Positions 47,440 to 56,063 of a stretch of 64,000 bases of DNA are shown here, piece after piece. The first letter of the stretch is position 1. The number at the start of each line of letters is the position of its first letter. Origin of the DNA: Candidatus Poribacteria bacterium (GTDB taxonomy: Bacteria; Poribacteria; WGA-4E; WGA-3G). The stretch spans positions 2,432,001-2,496,000 of the forward strand of contig OZ242029.1 in NCBI GenBank assembly GCA_965205015.1, in the 5' to 3' direction. Both the position numbers and the translations under genes were made by a program. The notes beneath the pieces were generated by a model. It had not been told where the DNA came from. It searched no databases and saw only the letters and a list, made by a program, of their open reading frames with translations.

Positions 47440-49362
47440 CTACGGCCAAATTCCATAAGTCGGTATATTAAACACCATTCCCAGTATTGTCCATAGACTC
47501 CCGACGGTAAATTGTCCCAATATCAAGCCGAGAAAGAAGGGCATCGCCTGCCGATGGGCATTTCTCCCACCGTATTTCAGCAGCAGCAATTTCAACACCC
47601 ACACGATCCCCAAACTGAACCAGATATAATTAACTGCCCAGCTCCCACACACGGCGGCATACGCTGCCGGATGAAAAGGGAACCAGAAAAACTTCATGCG
47701 CATCAACATGAGGAACAGCGCGAAGAGTAAACCAATTCCCGTAAATCCCAACGCCCAATAGTCTGGAGCAAGCGGATGTGCTAACCATTTCTGCAGCTGC
47801 GTCCACGGTTCAGACCCGTATATGATTGGCACGCGGGACATCTCGTGTAAAGCACCGAGTCGGTAAGGGATGGATATGAGTGCCCAAAATTGCGAGAGGA
47901 TACCGACGCACAGCGCGATAAGGATTGCAAATAGCATAAAACGACTTCGGATTCCCGACGTTGAGGCAAGTTTGAACCCCTCAAGTTGATGGGGCATCGG
48001 ATGTGAATCGAAGGTGCGTGTAAAGAACCAGAAGAAAGAGAACATCGAAAGATTATTCGGTCCGAGCGGACGCGTGCCTACAGCCGCGACCATGACCCGT
48101 TCGGGTCCTGTATAGTGCAAGTCGTGCATTGGCGATCCGAGTTCGGCGCGCATCCGAGAGACCGCCGTTGAAAATGCAAAATAGAGTCCAAAAAAGACGA
48201 GAATCGCCCAGAGGGACATACCCGCCCTCAAACAAAAAAACGTCAGAAACGCAACACCAGCAACCAGGGCGAGAAGAAGGAGCCTGGGGGACATCGGTTC
48301 ATCCCGCGTAGATGTGGGATGAACGTTCGCGCCCAGTAAATTCTGCAGATATTTTCGGCCCCTCCACATGGCAATAAAAAAGATGCCCATATACGCCCCA
48401 AATCCCTGATAGTTGACGTAAGGATACCCCGTCCCTTCCAAACCCATCATGCTTCCAACGACCTGTTGCCCCTTCCACACCCAAAAGAAAAACCATGTCG
48501 AAAACAACAGATCCAACGGAATCAGGAATCCGATGCCTAACACAAAGGGATAAATTCCCAATCTCAGCCACCCCATCGCAGAGAAGGGTTTCTCTGTGAA
48601 TCTGAAACGGTATGCTTTCTCATATACGGAGGGGATCGCAGGAAAAACGTGGTGGAGACCGTTAGCGACATCGAAAGCCGCGACAAGCCCGAAACCGATC
48701 CACATCAGCCGATTCGTGAAGAAACCCTCGCTCGTCATCCGGGCTGGGAGTTGGATGATCGGGTACGCCAGTTTCTCATCTTCTGTCCACGGTTTCCGCA
48801 CGATGACAGTGATGCAAACCATAACAAACAGCATCGCAAAGAGAAAGGCGAACCAGTTTAGCACAGGCGTTAGCCAACCCAACAGATGTTGCTTTGTGTG
48901 CAGTGTAGAATCTCCCTCGTAGTAGCCCGAAAGAACACCCTTGTCCGACACGGCAAGCCAACGCGGAATATACCGCCAAAACAGGTCTTTCCAATCGTTC
49001 TCCGGCGTTGCGAACCAGAACGCGTGCCCCAATGTGGAAACCAGAATCTCCATCATGCTGTGTCCCGCAGTCGCGGATGCCACGGAGAGCATGACATAAA
49101 TGATCAGGAGTTCACCTTGTGAGAGAGCCAACCGAGGCAGGAATCGCTTGAATACTCGGTTGAATCCGATCAACACAAGAATATTGAAAACAACCGTGAA
49201 AATAAGCGAGACGATGGTGGGCTGTGCGGAATACTGCACCAGTTCAATATACGTAATCCAATAACAATTGAGAGGGATGAGAATAATTCCAATTGCTATA
49301 GACCGCCAGCCGACCGATGAGGGCGGTTTTGATGGAGATAAAGTCGGTTTCGTGTGCGGCAT
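47440..49362 (-). CDS. Polytopic membrane protein, DUF6785/DUF6784-like
   Basis: Many TM helices; ELLIIY.M, RKPW...EKL.YP..QLP, WFPFHP, KYGG, PFFLGLILG; paralogue of 59477-61429. Confidence 0.75.
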   Translation of the reverse strand: MPHTKPTLSPSKPPSSVGWRSIAIGIILIPLNCYWITYIELVQYSAQPTIVSLIFTVVFNILVLIGFNRVFKRFLPRLALSQGELLIIYVMLSVASATAGHSMMEILVSTLGHAFWFATPENDWKDLFWRYIPRWLAVSDKGVLSGYYEGDSTLHTKQHLLGWLTPVLNWFAFLFAMLFVMVCITVIVRKPWTEDEKLAYPIIQLPARMTSEGFFTNRLMWIGFGLVAAFDVANGLHHVFPAIPSVYEKAYRFRFTEKPFSAMGWLRLGIYPFVLGIGFLIPLDLLFSTWFFFWVWKGQQVVGSMMGLEGTGYPYVNYQGFGAYMGIFFIAMWRGRKYLQNLLGANVHPTSTRDEPMSPRLLLLALVAGVAFLTFFCLRAGMSLWAILVFFGLYFAFSTAVSRMRAELGSPMHDLHYTGPERVMVAAVGTRPLGPNNLSMFSFFWFFTRTFDSHPMPHQLEGFKLASTSGIRSRFMLFAILIALCVGILSQFWALISIPYRLGALHEMSRVPIIYGSEPWTQLQKWLAHPLAPDYWALGFTGIGLLFALFLMLMRMKFFWFPFHPAAYAAVCGSWAVNYIWFSLGIVWVLKLLLLKYGGRNAHRQAMPFFLGLILGQFTVGSLWTILGMVFNIPTYGIWP

Positions 49363-50166
49363 TTATTCTTGATATGAGAAAACCAGTGGCAAGTGTTCAT
49401 CATCCGCCAACACATCGCCGGTTTTCAACTTCGCAACCACTTCATTGGGTAACGCGCTTTTTTTTCCGTTGAAGGTGGCATCCTCCGGCATAAAAAGCAT
49501 GGCAAACGCACGGCGCGGGTGCGTCGTCATATTCGGTCCCGCCGCATGCGCAACCATCCCACTGATGAATACACCCGCTCCGGCTTTCATCTCAGCAGCG
49601 TAGGGTTCAATCTCTGCCCATTCTGGATACTCGCGGAACAGTTCGCCGACACCCGCTTGTCCGAGAATCCCGCCGATCTCAAAGTTGCTTGTCTTGTGCG
49701 TCCCGGGCAGAAGATACAAACAGCCGTTCTGAACGGTTGTATCATCAAGTGCCACCCAGAACATGATCGCCTGATGCGAATAGAAGGGGTCATACGGATT
49801 ATCGACATGGAAGTTCGTGGGATTTGCCCACGGTTGCTTCACCATGGCGTGATCGTGATACAACCGCACACCCGAAGTGCCAGCGAGATCTGCCGCCAAC
49901 TTACCCAACTCGGGATCAAGGATCAATCGTTTAACCTTCTCGTTCGTCTTCCACAAATTGACGCATTGAACGAAGACGTTCTTGTAGTAACCGTCTTTTC
50001 CCTTTTGATTGTGGAAGGCGTCAGGACGGCTCACATGCTGCGCGACAGCCTCGTCAACGGCATCCTGCCACACTGACAACTCGGCACCGTTCAGGAAATC
50101 GTCAATAACCAGGAACCCATTTTCACGGTAAAATTCAATCTGATCGTTCGCAACTTGTGTATTCAT
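49363..50166 (-). CDS. PhyH-family dioxygenase
   Basis: YRENGFL, HVD, WVALDD..VQNGCL..LPGTH, H..GPN. Confidence 0.9.
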   Translation of the reverse strand: MNTQVANDQIEFYRENGFLVIDDFLNGAELSVWQDAVDEAVAQHVSRPDAFHNQKGKDGYYKNVFVQCVNLWKTNEKVKRLILDPELGKLAADLAGTSGVRLYHDHAMVKQPWANPTNFHVDNPYDPFYSHQAIMFWVALDDTTVQNGCLYLLPGTHKTSNFEIGGILGQAGVGELFREYPEWAEIEPYAAEMKAGAGVFISGMVAHAAGPNMTTHPRRAFAMLFMPEDATFNGKKSALPNEVVAKLKTGDVLADDEHLPLVFSYQE

Positions 50167-50197
50167 GGCATCTTAGGTGATCGGAGATATGTGCCTC

Positions 50198-51001
50198 TCA
50201 ATCATAATTGCTGGGTCGGTGATCGCCGAGGAGTCGTCTCTGGCGTGGATTCGCTTGGGAGAGAATTGAGGCATCAAACTGAAACTTGTTCAGATAGGGT
50301 GGGTATTTCTGTGTAATCATCCGCTGCGCATAGTGTACCTGTAAAAGGTAGCGGGTTTCGTCACTCGTATTGGCAGAGCCACGATGCCAGACTTCACTAC
50401 GGAAAAGCACCACATCCCCTGCATTGCATAAGATACTCTCTTCCGTCCTGCCTTTCCACTCCGTTGCCCCGTTTGGAGAGCATCCAGAGAAGTGGCTACC
50501 CGGAACAAACTTTGTCGGTCCCAATTCCTCATACATATTGTTGAGATAGTAATGAGCAGTCGTGATGAAGATTGGAACTTTGACGCGTGGATCGGAACGA
50601 ACGTCTGCAGGGAGACCGATTGGCAGCCAATCCGTATGTAAGCCTTGATCCGGACGCCCGGGTCCTGTTATCCACGATTGCATGCCGATGCAATGACAAT
50701 CCTCACCGTGCGTCGCCTCGGCAACCTCAATAATCGGTGATTTGTCAAGGAATTGGAGATACAGTGGGTCGCGATTAAATGAGTTGTTGATGATTTTATT
50801 CAGGAATCCATCGCCATTTTGAGGCGTTTGGTGTCGATCCAAACACTCCGGGATCGTCTCTAATCGATCCATCATGGCTCGCAATTCGGCGACTTCCTCA
50901 GCATCAAGCACGCCGGGGAAATAGACGTAACCATCCCTTTCCAATGCTTCAACTTGGCTTTCTAAATCGTTATGTGCCACGAGGGAGAGAGCTTTCGCCA
51001 T
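50198..51001 (-). CDS. PhyH-family dioxygenase (duplicate A)
   Basis: LHTD...WHRG; near-identical to 51739-52542. Confidence 0.9.
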   Translation of the reverse strand: MAKALSLVAHNDLESQVEALERDGYVYFPGVLDAEEVAELRAMMDRLETIPECLDRHQTPQNGDGFLNKIINNSFNRDPLYLQFLDKSPIIEVAEATHGEDCHCIGMQSWITGPGRPDQGLHTDWLPIGLPADVRSDPRVKVPIFITTAHYYLNNMYEELGPTKFVPGSHFSGCSPNGATEWKGRTEESILCNAGDVVLFRSEVWHRGSANTSDETRYLLQVHYAQRMITQKYPPYLNKFQFDASILSQANPRQRRLLGDHRPSNYD

Positions 51002-51104
51002 TTTCAGTACTCCTTGCGGATTTTAAAATGGTTCAAAGTTCAATAATTCAAGGCGCACTGCTGGCTGTCCAATCGTCCGTATCCAGCGAAGACACTCCTT
51101 GAAA

Positions 51105-51129
51105 GGCGAGGTTAGGAAACCTCGCCAGC
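51105..51129. repeat. REP-like hairpin
   Basis: GGCGAGGTT-aggaa-ACCTCGCCAGC; reverse complement of 12617-12641. Confidence 0.75.
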
Positions 51130-51148
51130 GAAAGTAGGATTATTACAA

Positions 51149-51724
51149 CTATTCTGCCAATACAATGACACCACACCCGATACGCGCGCCTGCAGCACCC
51201 GAAGGTTGCGAGACGAAATCGTCCGCGTCGGCGTGGACAATGATGCCTTTGCCGACAACATCTATGTCGGAACCTGTGCCGATCTCCCAGAGATCTGTCG
51301 TCAATGTAATACGACCTGTTCCATCTGCTCCGACGTTGATATTGCCGATGTCTCCGAGATGAAACTCACCTTCTCCCCATTTTCCGTGCGCGACATCCGT
51401 GGGATTCCAGTGCCCCCCGGCGGATTTACCGTCGGGTGAACTGCAATCCCCGTTTGCGTGGATATGAAAGCCGTGAAGACCCGGGGAGGCACCGTGAATT
51501 TCAGCCGTGAGCGTGATCTGGTCGCCGTTTTGTGTGAAGACTGCCATTCCGGTTACGCCACTGTCGCCCAGTGCGTCGATCATGGCGTGTGCTTGTGCAG
51601 CGGACGCAGTTGAGAGAATCCCTGCTTGTGGGTTCACTCGATCGCAACCCATTGATATGATAGAAATACCGAGCAATAGAAAGAATACAGGTTTTATACC
51701 GATAGACATTAAACGCGTTTTCAT
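51149..51724 (-). CDS. sodC: Cu/Zn superoxide dismutase, lipoprotein
   Basis: Lipobox-like SMGC; HGFHIH, SAGGHWNP, HG, HLGD.GN, IVHADADD, GARIGCGVI. Confidence 0.95.
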   Translation of the reverse strand: MKTRLMSIGIKPVFFLLLGISIISMGCDRVNPQAGILSTASAAQAHAMIDALGDSGVTGMAVFTQNGDQITLTAEIHGASPGLHGFHIHANGDCSSPDGKSAGGHWNPTDVAHGKWGEGEFHLGDIGNINVGADGTGRITLTTDLWEIGTGSDIDVVGKGIIVHADADDFVSQPSGAAGARIGCGVIVLAE

Positions 51725-51738
51725 TGATAACTCCTTTG

Positions 51739-52542
51739 TTAATCGTAATTACTTGGTCGATGGTCTCCCATAAGCCGTCTCTGTTGAGGGGTCGCTTGGG
51801 CGAGAATCGATGCATCAAACTGAAACTTATTCAGATAGGGTGGATATTTCTGTGTAATCATCCGCTGTGCATAGTGGACCTGCATGAGATAACGGACTTC
51901 GTCACTCGTATTGGCAGAACCCCGATGCCAGACTTCACTACGGAAAAGCACCACGTCCCCCGCATTGCATAGGATACTCTCTTCCTCGCGGTTATTCCAC
52001 GCCGTTGCGCCGTTTGGAGAACCTCCAGAGAGATGACTGCCCGGAACAAACTTCGTCGGTCCCAATTCCTCGTACATATCATTGAGATAGTAATGGGCTG
52101 TGGTGATAAAGACCGGGATTTTGACGCGTGGATCGGAACGAATCTCTGCGGGTAGAGAGATCGGCAGCCAATCCGTATGTAACCCCTGATCCGGACGTCC
52201 CGGTCCTGTCAGCCACGAATGCATACCGATGCAATGAAAATCCGCACCGTGTGCCGCCTCGGCAACTTCAAAAACGGGGGATCTGTCCAGGAATTGGAGA
52301 TACAACGGGTCGCGATTAAACGAGTTGCTGATAAGTTTGTGGAGGAATTGATCGCCATTTTCAGGTGTTTCATCCCGATCATGAGACTCAGGGATCGCCT
52401 CTAATCGATCCATAGTGGCACGCAATTCAGCGATTTCATCGGCATCAAGCACACTCGGGAAATAGACATACCCATCCCTTTCCAGTGCCTCAATTTGGCT
52501 TTCCAAGTCGTTGTATGCAACGAGGGAGAGGGCTTTCGCCAT
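51739..52542 (-). CDS. PhyH-family dioxygenase (duplicate B)
   Basis: Same 267-aa frame as duplicate A, starting MAKALSLV after GGAG. Confidence 0.9.
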   Translation of the reverse strand: MAKALSLVAYNDLESQIEALERDGYVYFPSVLDADEIAELRATMDRLEAIPESHDRDETPENGDQFLHKLISNSFNRDPLYLQFLDRSPVFEVAEAAHGADFHCIGMHSWLTGPGRPDQGLHTDWLPISLPAEIRSDPRVKIPVFITTAHYYLNDMYEELGPTKFVPGSHLSGGSPNGATAWNNREEESILCNAGDVVLFRSEVWHRGSANTSDEVRYLMQVHYAQRMITQKYPPYLNKFQFDASILAQATPQQRRLMGDHRPSNYD

Positions 52543-52700
52543 TTTCTGGACTCCTTTCAAACAATAACAACGGTTCAGAGCTTATCCGATATGATATGTT
52601 AACCGCAACGCCGTTGTCAATAAAAATTGTGTCCGAACTGGATTTCAAGCACCGGGATTTCCGCTAAGGTCCACCACAAAGCGATTGCCCGATACATCAA

Positions 52701-54866
52701 CTACACCGCTTTAAGTTTTCGCCATAGGGTTGTCCGACTGATCCCCAAACGTTGTGCAGCGAGTTGTGGCTTTCCATCGGATTCCTCCAAAACGCGTTGC
52801 ACTAATTCACGTTCCAATGCAGCAAGGGGGTTACTTTCCCTGAGTGCCTGCGCAACAATATCGTCTCTTGAGGAAATAAGATCGGGGGGTAGATGTTGCT
52901 TTTCAATGCTGCCCCCCTGACATTTGACGAAGGCGTGCTCTATAATATTCTCTAACTCTCGCACATTGCCGGGGTAGGTATAATCCACTAAGATTTCAAG
53001 GGCATCGGGTGAGGTGCGATGAATGGATTTTTGTGTTTGTTGATTGAATTTTTCGATGAAGTGTTCAATCAGGAGTGGAATGTCATCGCGTCTTTCACGG
53101 AGTGGCGGCGGGGTAATCGGGACGACATTGAGCCTGTAGTATAAATCCTCTCGGAAACGTCCGGCATCGATCTCTGTCTTCAGGATTCGATTGGTCGCTG
53201 CAATGACGCGAACATCTACTTTCTTTGTCGCCGTTGAACCGACCATTTCGTATTCGCCCTCTTGCAAGACGCGGAGCAACTTTGCTTGTGTTCCGAGACT
53301 TAACTCACCGATTTCATCAAGAAAAAGGGTGCCCCCGTCCGCAGCTGCGAATCGTCCTTTCCGCGTAGCGATGGCATCGGTAAACGCACCTTTGACATGT
53401 CCAAAGAGTTCACTCTCTAACAAATTATCAACCAAGCCAGCGCAATTGACGCGGATGAAGGGTTTTTTCGCCCTCTCGCTATTGTCGTGGATTGCATGAG
53501 CAATCGGTTCTTTGCCGGTCCCGCTCTCGCCTTGAATCAGGACGGTCGTTTTCATGGGAGCGACAAGTCGAATTAACTCAAAAATCTCCTGCATTTTCCG
53601 GTTTTTTCCAATGAGATTTCCAAACGAATGGTGCTCCTTCAGTTGGGCACTGAGTGCCTTTACCTCCGAGAGATCACGGGCAAACCCTTGGATGAATTCT
53701 CTCTCGCCATGCGCAATTCGGATGGCGCGAATTTCTAAGGGTAAACGGTTTCTGTTTTTACGCGACAGTTCCGTTTGGAAAGTAATAGGATTCTGTGGGT
53801 CAAGGTCTTTGAGCGTTTCGCTGGCTCTTTGAAATTCAGCGGGAGGCGTTAGGTCACGCAGTGAAAGATTGACGAGTTCTTGGTGTGTGTAACCCAGCCA
53901 TGCACAGAAATTTTCGTTTACGGTAACAAACGCTTCTGTCAGTGATGGACAAATGAAGATTGCGTCGTTTGACATCTCAAAAAGTGTGCGGTATCGTTTG
54001 TTGTTTTCGGCGAGTTTGTCTGTCCAATCCCCTTTTTCAATCAGAATTGAGAGTTGTCCAGCAATCGGCTTTAATCTCCTGATATGCACCTCGGAAAATG
54101 ATCGGGGTTTTTCACTGGTGAAAAAGACGACCCCAATGGGTTTACCCTGCACTTTGAGCGGAAGGGTTAGATTGGAGCGCATCCCCTCTTGGACCATTAA
54201 CCGTGTCCAGTGCGTCGGTCTTCTTGCGAGAATTTCCTTAAAATCGTCAATAATCCGCGCTTCACCTGAATTGAGGATAGGCGCAAGGCTTGATCCCTTA
54301 ATTTTCGCTGAAAACCCGTTGTCCAGCAGAATTTTTCTGTTGGATTTCGTTTTACACTGCACTAAATTACCGGAGGATTCGTCAATAAGTGCGATGCCTA
54401 ACCGGTTATGGGGCACGATGTTCTGAAGTCCAGTGTAAATATTCTCAAAGACTTCATCGAGTGTCTTTCCCAGCTGAATCTGCTCAAGGATCTCATAGAC
54501 CTGATCGGTTTCAATGGCTGCCTTAAAGACGGTATCTTCGAGACTGTTGTTTGCGTGTTCTTCAAGGGTGATTGCAACCTGAAGGGTATCCCCATGGATT
54601 CGGAGCGGATAGGTTCGGAGGTTCGGCGTGGTAATAGGACATCCACTTTTCAGATTGTATTGCCAACCGTGCCACGGACAGGTAACGACTTCACCCGCCA
54701 GTGTTCCCTCATTGAGCGGTCCCCCCTGATGCGGACAGGTGTTATTGATCGCATAAAATTCTGTCCCTGTGTTGAAGATTGCAATGTCTTCATTGTCCAA
54801 TTTGATGACGATATTCTGTCCCGGTTCAATTTCAGATGTTTTAGCGATGTTAATCCACTTCACCAT
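52701..54866 (-). CDS. Sigma54-dependent activator with N-terminal Rieske [2Fe-2S], GAF and PAS domains and a Fis-type HTH
   Basis: Rieske CPH...CPWH; GAF (GMRSNLTLPL..QGKPIG); PAS (YRTLFE..NDAIF...N...LGY); GESGTGKE, ESELFGH.KGAFTDA, LFLDEIG, FREDLYYRL, PGNVRELEN; AAQRLGISRTTLWRK. Confidence 0.92.
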   Translation of the reverse strand: MVKWINIAKTSEIEPGQNIVIKLDNEDIAIFNTGTEFYAINNTCPHQGGPLNEGTLAGEVVTCPWHGWQYNLKSGCPITTPNLRTYPLRIHGDTLQVAITLEEHANNSLEDTVFKAAIETDQVYEILEQIQLGKTLDEVFENIYTGLQNIVPHNRLGIALIDESSGNLVQCKTKSNRKILLDNGFSAKIKGSSLAPILNSGEARIIDDFKEILARRPTHWTRLMVQEGMRSNLTLPLKVQGKPIGVVFFTSEKPRSFSEVHIRRLKPIAGQLSILIEKGDWTDKLAENNKRYRTLFEMSNDAIFICPSLTEAFVTVNENFCAWLGYTHQELVNLSLRDLTPPAEFQRASETLKDLDPQNPITFQTELSRKNRNRLPLEIRAIRIAHGEREFIQGFARDLSEVKALSAQLKEHHSFGNLIGKNRKMQEIFELIRLVAPMKTTVLIQGESGTGKEPIAHAIHDNSERAKKPFIRVNCAGLVDNLLESELFGHVKGAFTDAIATRKGRFAAADGGTLFLDEIGELSLGTQAKLLRVLQEGEYEMVGSTATKKVDVRVIAATNRILKTEIDAGRFREDLYYRLNVVPITPPPLRERRDDIPLLIEHFIEKFNQQTQKSIHRTSPDALEILVDYTYPGNVRELENIIEHAFVKCQGGSIEKQHLPPDLISSRDDIVAQALRESNPLAALERELVQRVLEESDGKPQLAAQRLGISRTTLWRKLKAV

Positions 54867-54943
54867 TTTCCTCCCACGCGTGAACAAAATTTGTTACCTA
54901 TAGGTTACAGAGTAGCACACGGTGAAGCGGATGTCAAGAATTT

Positions 54944-54979
54944 TGTTTCATAAATGAAAATTGTTTCATTTATGAAATA
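54944..54979. promoter_or_regulatory. Two tandem TGTTTCA-N4-TGAAA operator/UAS sites
   Basis: TGTTTCAtaaaTGAAAAT (54944-54961) and TGTTTCAtttaTGAAATA (54962-54979). Confidence 0.7.
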
Positions 54980-54995
54980 ATCTTTATTTTTTAAC

Positions 54996-55230
54996 ACTTA
55001 CGCACGCCACTGGTAGGTGCGGTTTGATGAAGATTAAGAATTTAATTCGGCAATATGTGGGCAGGCACAAGACCTGGGGAAACACCCAAGCAAAAACCCC
55101 CTACAAAGTCTTTTTTGGGATAGGATTACCGAAATATTTATTTAAGCTTCATTAACCGCACCGGACTCGTGATAGTAACCCTTTGTGCTGTCCGAAGATA
55201 GGCGTTTCAGCTCAATTTTGCGTGAGTCCT
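54996..55230. mobile_element. Nested stack of MITE/REP-like repeats
   Basis: Outer ACTTACGCA...TGCGTGAGT; REP halves GGTGCGGTT (55016-24)/AACCGCACC (55154-62); imperfect 28-bp TIR element 55027-55152; inner REP 55059-55104 interrupted by the CCCAAGCAAAAA cassette. Confidence 0.6.
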
Positions 55231-55264
55231 GTTTCTAAAACTTCAAAGCACTTAGTTCAAGTTT

Positions 55265-55282
55265 TGTTTCAGATTTGAAACA
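55265..55282. promoter_or_regulatory. Perfect palindromic UAS TGTTTCA-gatt-TGAAACA
   Basis: Palindrome about 76 bp upstream of the -24 box; matches 54944-54979. Confidence 0.75.
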
Positions 55283-55357
55283 TATCGAAAAAATCTGAAA
55301 TTTCATTTTACCCTGTAAAACCTTGAATTATCTCAATTGTATACGAACCTGAGGGTT

Positions 55358-55372
55358 TGGCACGAAACTTGC
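55358..55372 (+). promoter_or_regulatory. Sigma54 (-24/-12) promoter
   Basis: TGGCAC-gaaac-TTGC, matching the consensus with exact spacing. Confidence 0.88.
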
Positions 55373-55403
55373 GAACCTATTTATTAACGTGAGTTCCGTA
55401 TTT

Positions 55404-55464
55404 GTAGAGCAAACTTTTAGTTTGCGTCTCAACACTACCTACACAAACTGGCAGTTTGTGCTAC
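55404..55464. repeat. Inverted pair of GTAG-type REP hairpins in the 5' UTR
   Basis: GTAGAGCAAACTtttAGTTTGC and CACAAACTggcAGTTTGTGCTAC. Confidence 0.55.
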
Positions 55465-55521
55465 AAATGTCAATATATTTTGAGGCTTTACTATAACCCT
55501 AAATTTCAGGAGGATCTAAAA

Positions 55522-55932
55522 ATGAGCCGTTATCTTGAACATGCTAACATGAGCGTGAATGACCTTGAAAAAGCGATCCATTTTCTAACGACTGCCTTCC
55601 CAGAATTTCGAGTCAGGGGCGGTGGTGATAATGCGAACGGAACGAAATGGTGCCATCTCGGGACTGACGATTTTTATATTGCATTGTCAGATCGCAAGCA
55701 TCCGTTCACAGGTGACCGTGAGGGGACCTATGTGAACCATCTCGGTTTTGCTGTTGATGACGCTGAAGGTATCAGAGAACGCATGTTGGCTGCTGGATAT
55801 AAGGAAGGTTACAAAGTCGAACCCCATCCTTACCGGAAACGCATCTATTTCATTGATGTGGACGGTTTTGAATGGGAGTTCGTCGAATACTTCACGGAGG
55901 ATCCAGCGAAACGGAACGATTATTCACAGTAA
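55522..55932 (+). CDS. VOC/glyoxalase family protein
   Basis: EHANMSV.DL, NHLGF.VDD, IYF.D.DG.EWEFVEY; AGGAGG RBS. Confidence 0.9.
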   Translation: MSRYLEHANMSVNDLEKAIHFLTTAFPEFRVRGGGDNANGTKWCHLGTDDFYIALSDRKHPFTGDREGTYVNHLGFAVDDAEGIRERMLAAGYKEGYKVEPHPYRKRIYFIDVDGFEWEFVEYFTEDPAKRNDYSQ

Positions 55933-55964
55933 AAATAAATTGCGTTCAGGACGCGTGGCATATT

Positions 55965-56009
55965 AAAACTTGTAGGGTTCAGACATAGTGCTTGCCCTAC
56001 AAGTTTTTT
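55965..56009 (+). terminator. Possible bidirectional terminator / REP hairpin
   Basis: AAAACTTGTAGGG...CCCTACAAGTTTTT between convergent genes. Confidence 0.55.
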
Positions 56010-56063
56010 AGTGTCTCGCTGGATATTCCAATGGAATGTGTGGGCAATTTCAGGATTTTGCGG

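Noticed and set aside
47134-47440. AT-rich region as a MITE remnant
   Set aside because: Only weak partial inverted repeats and no second copy in the window
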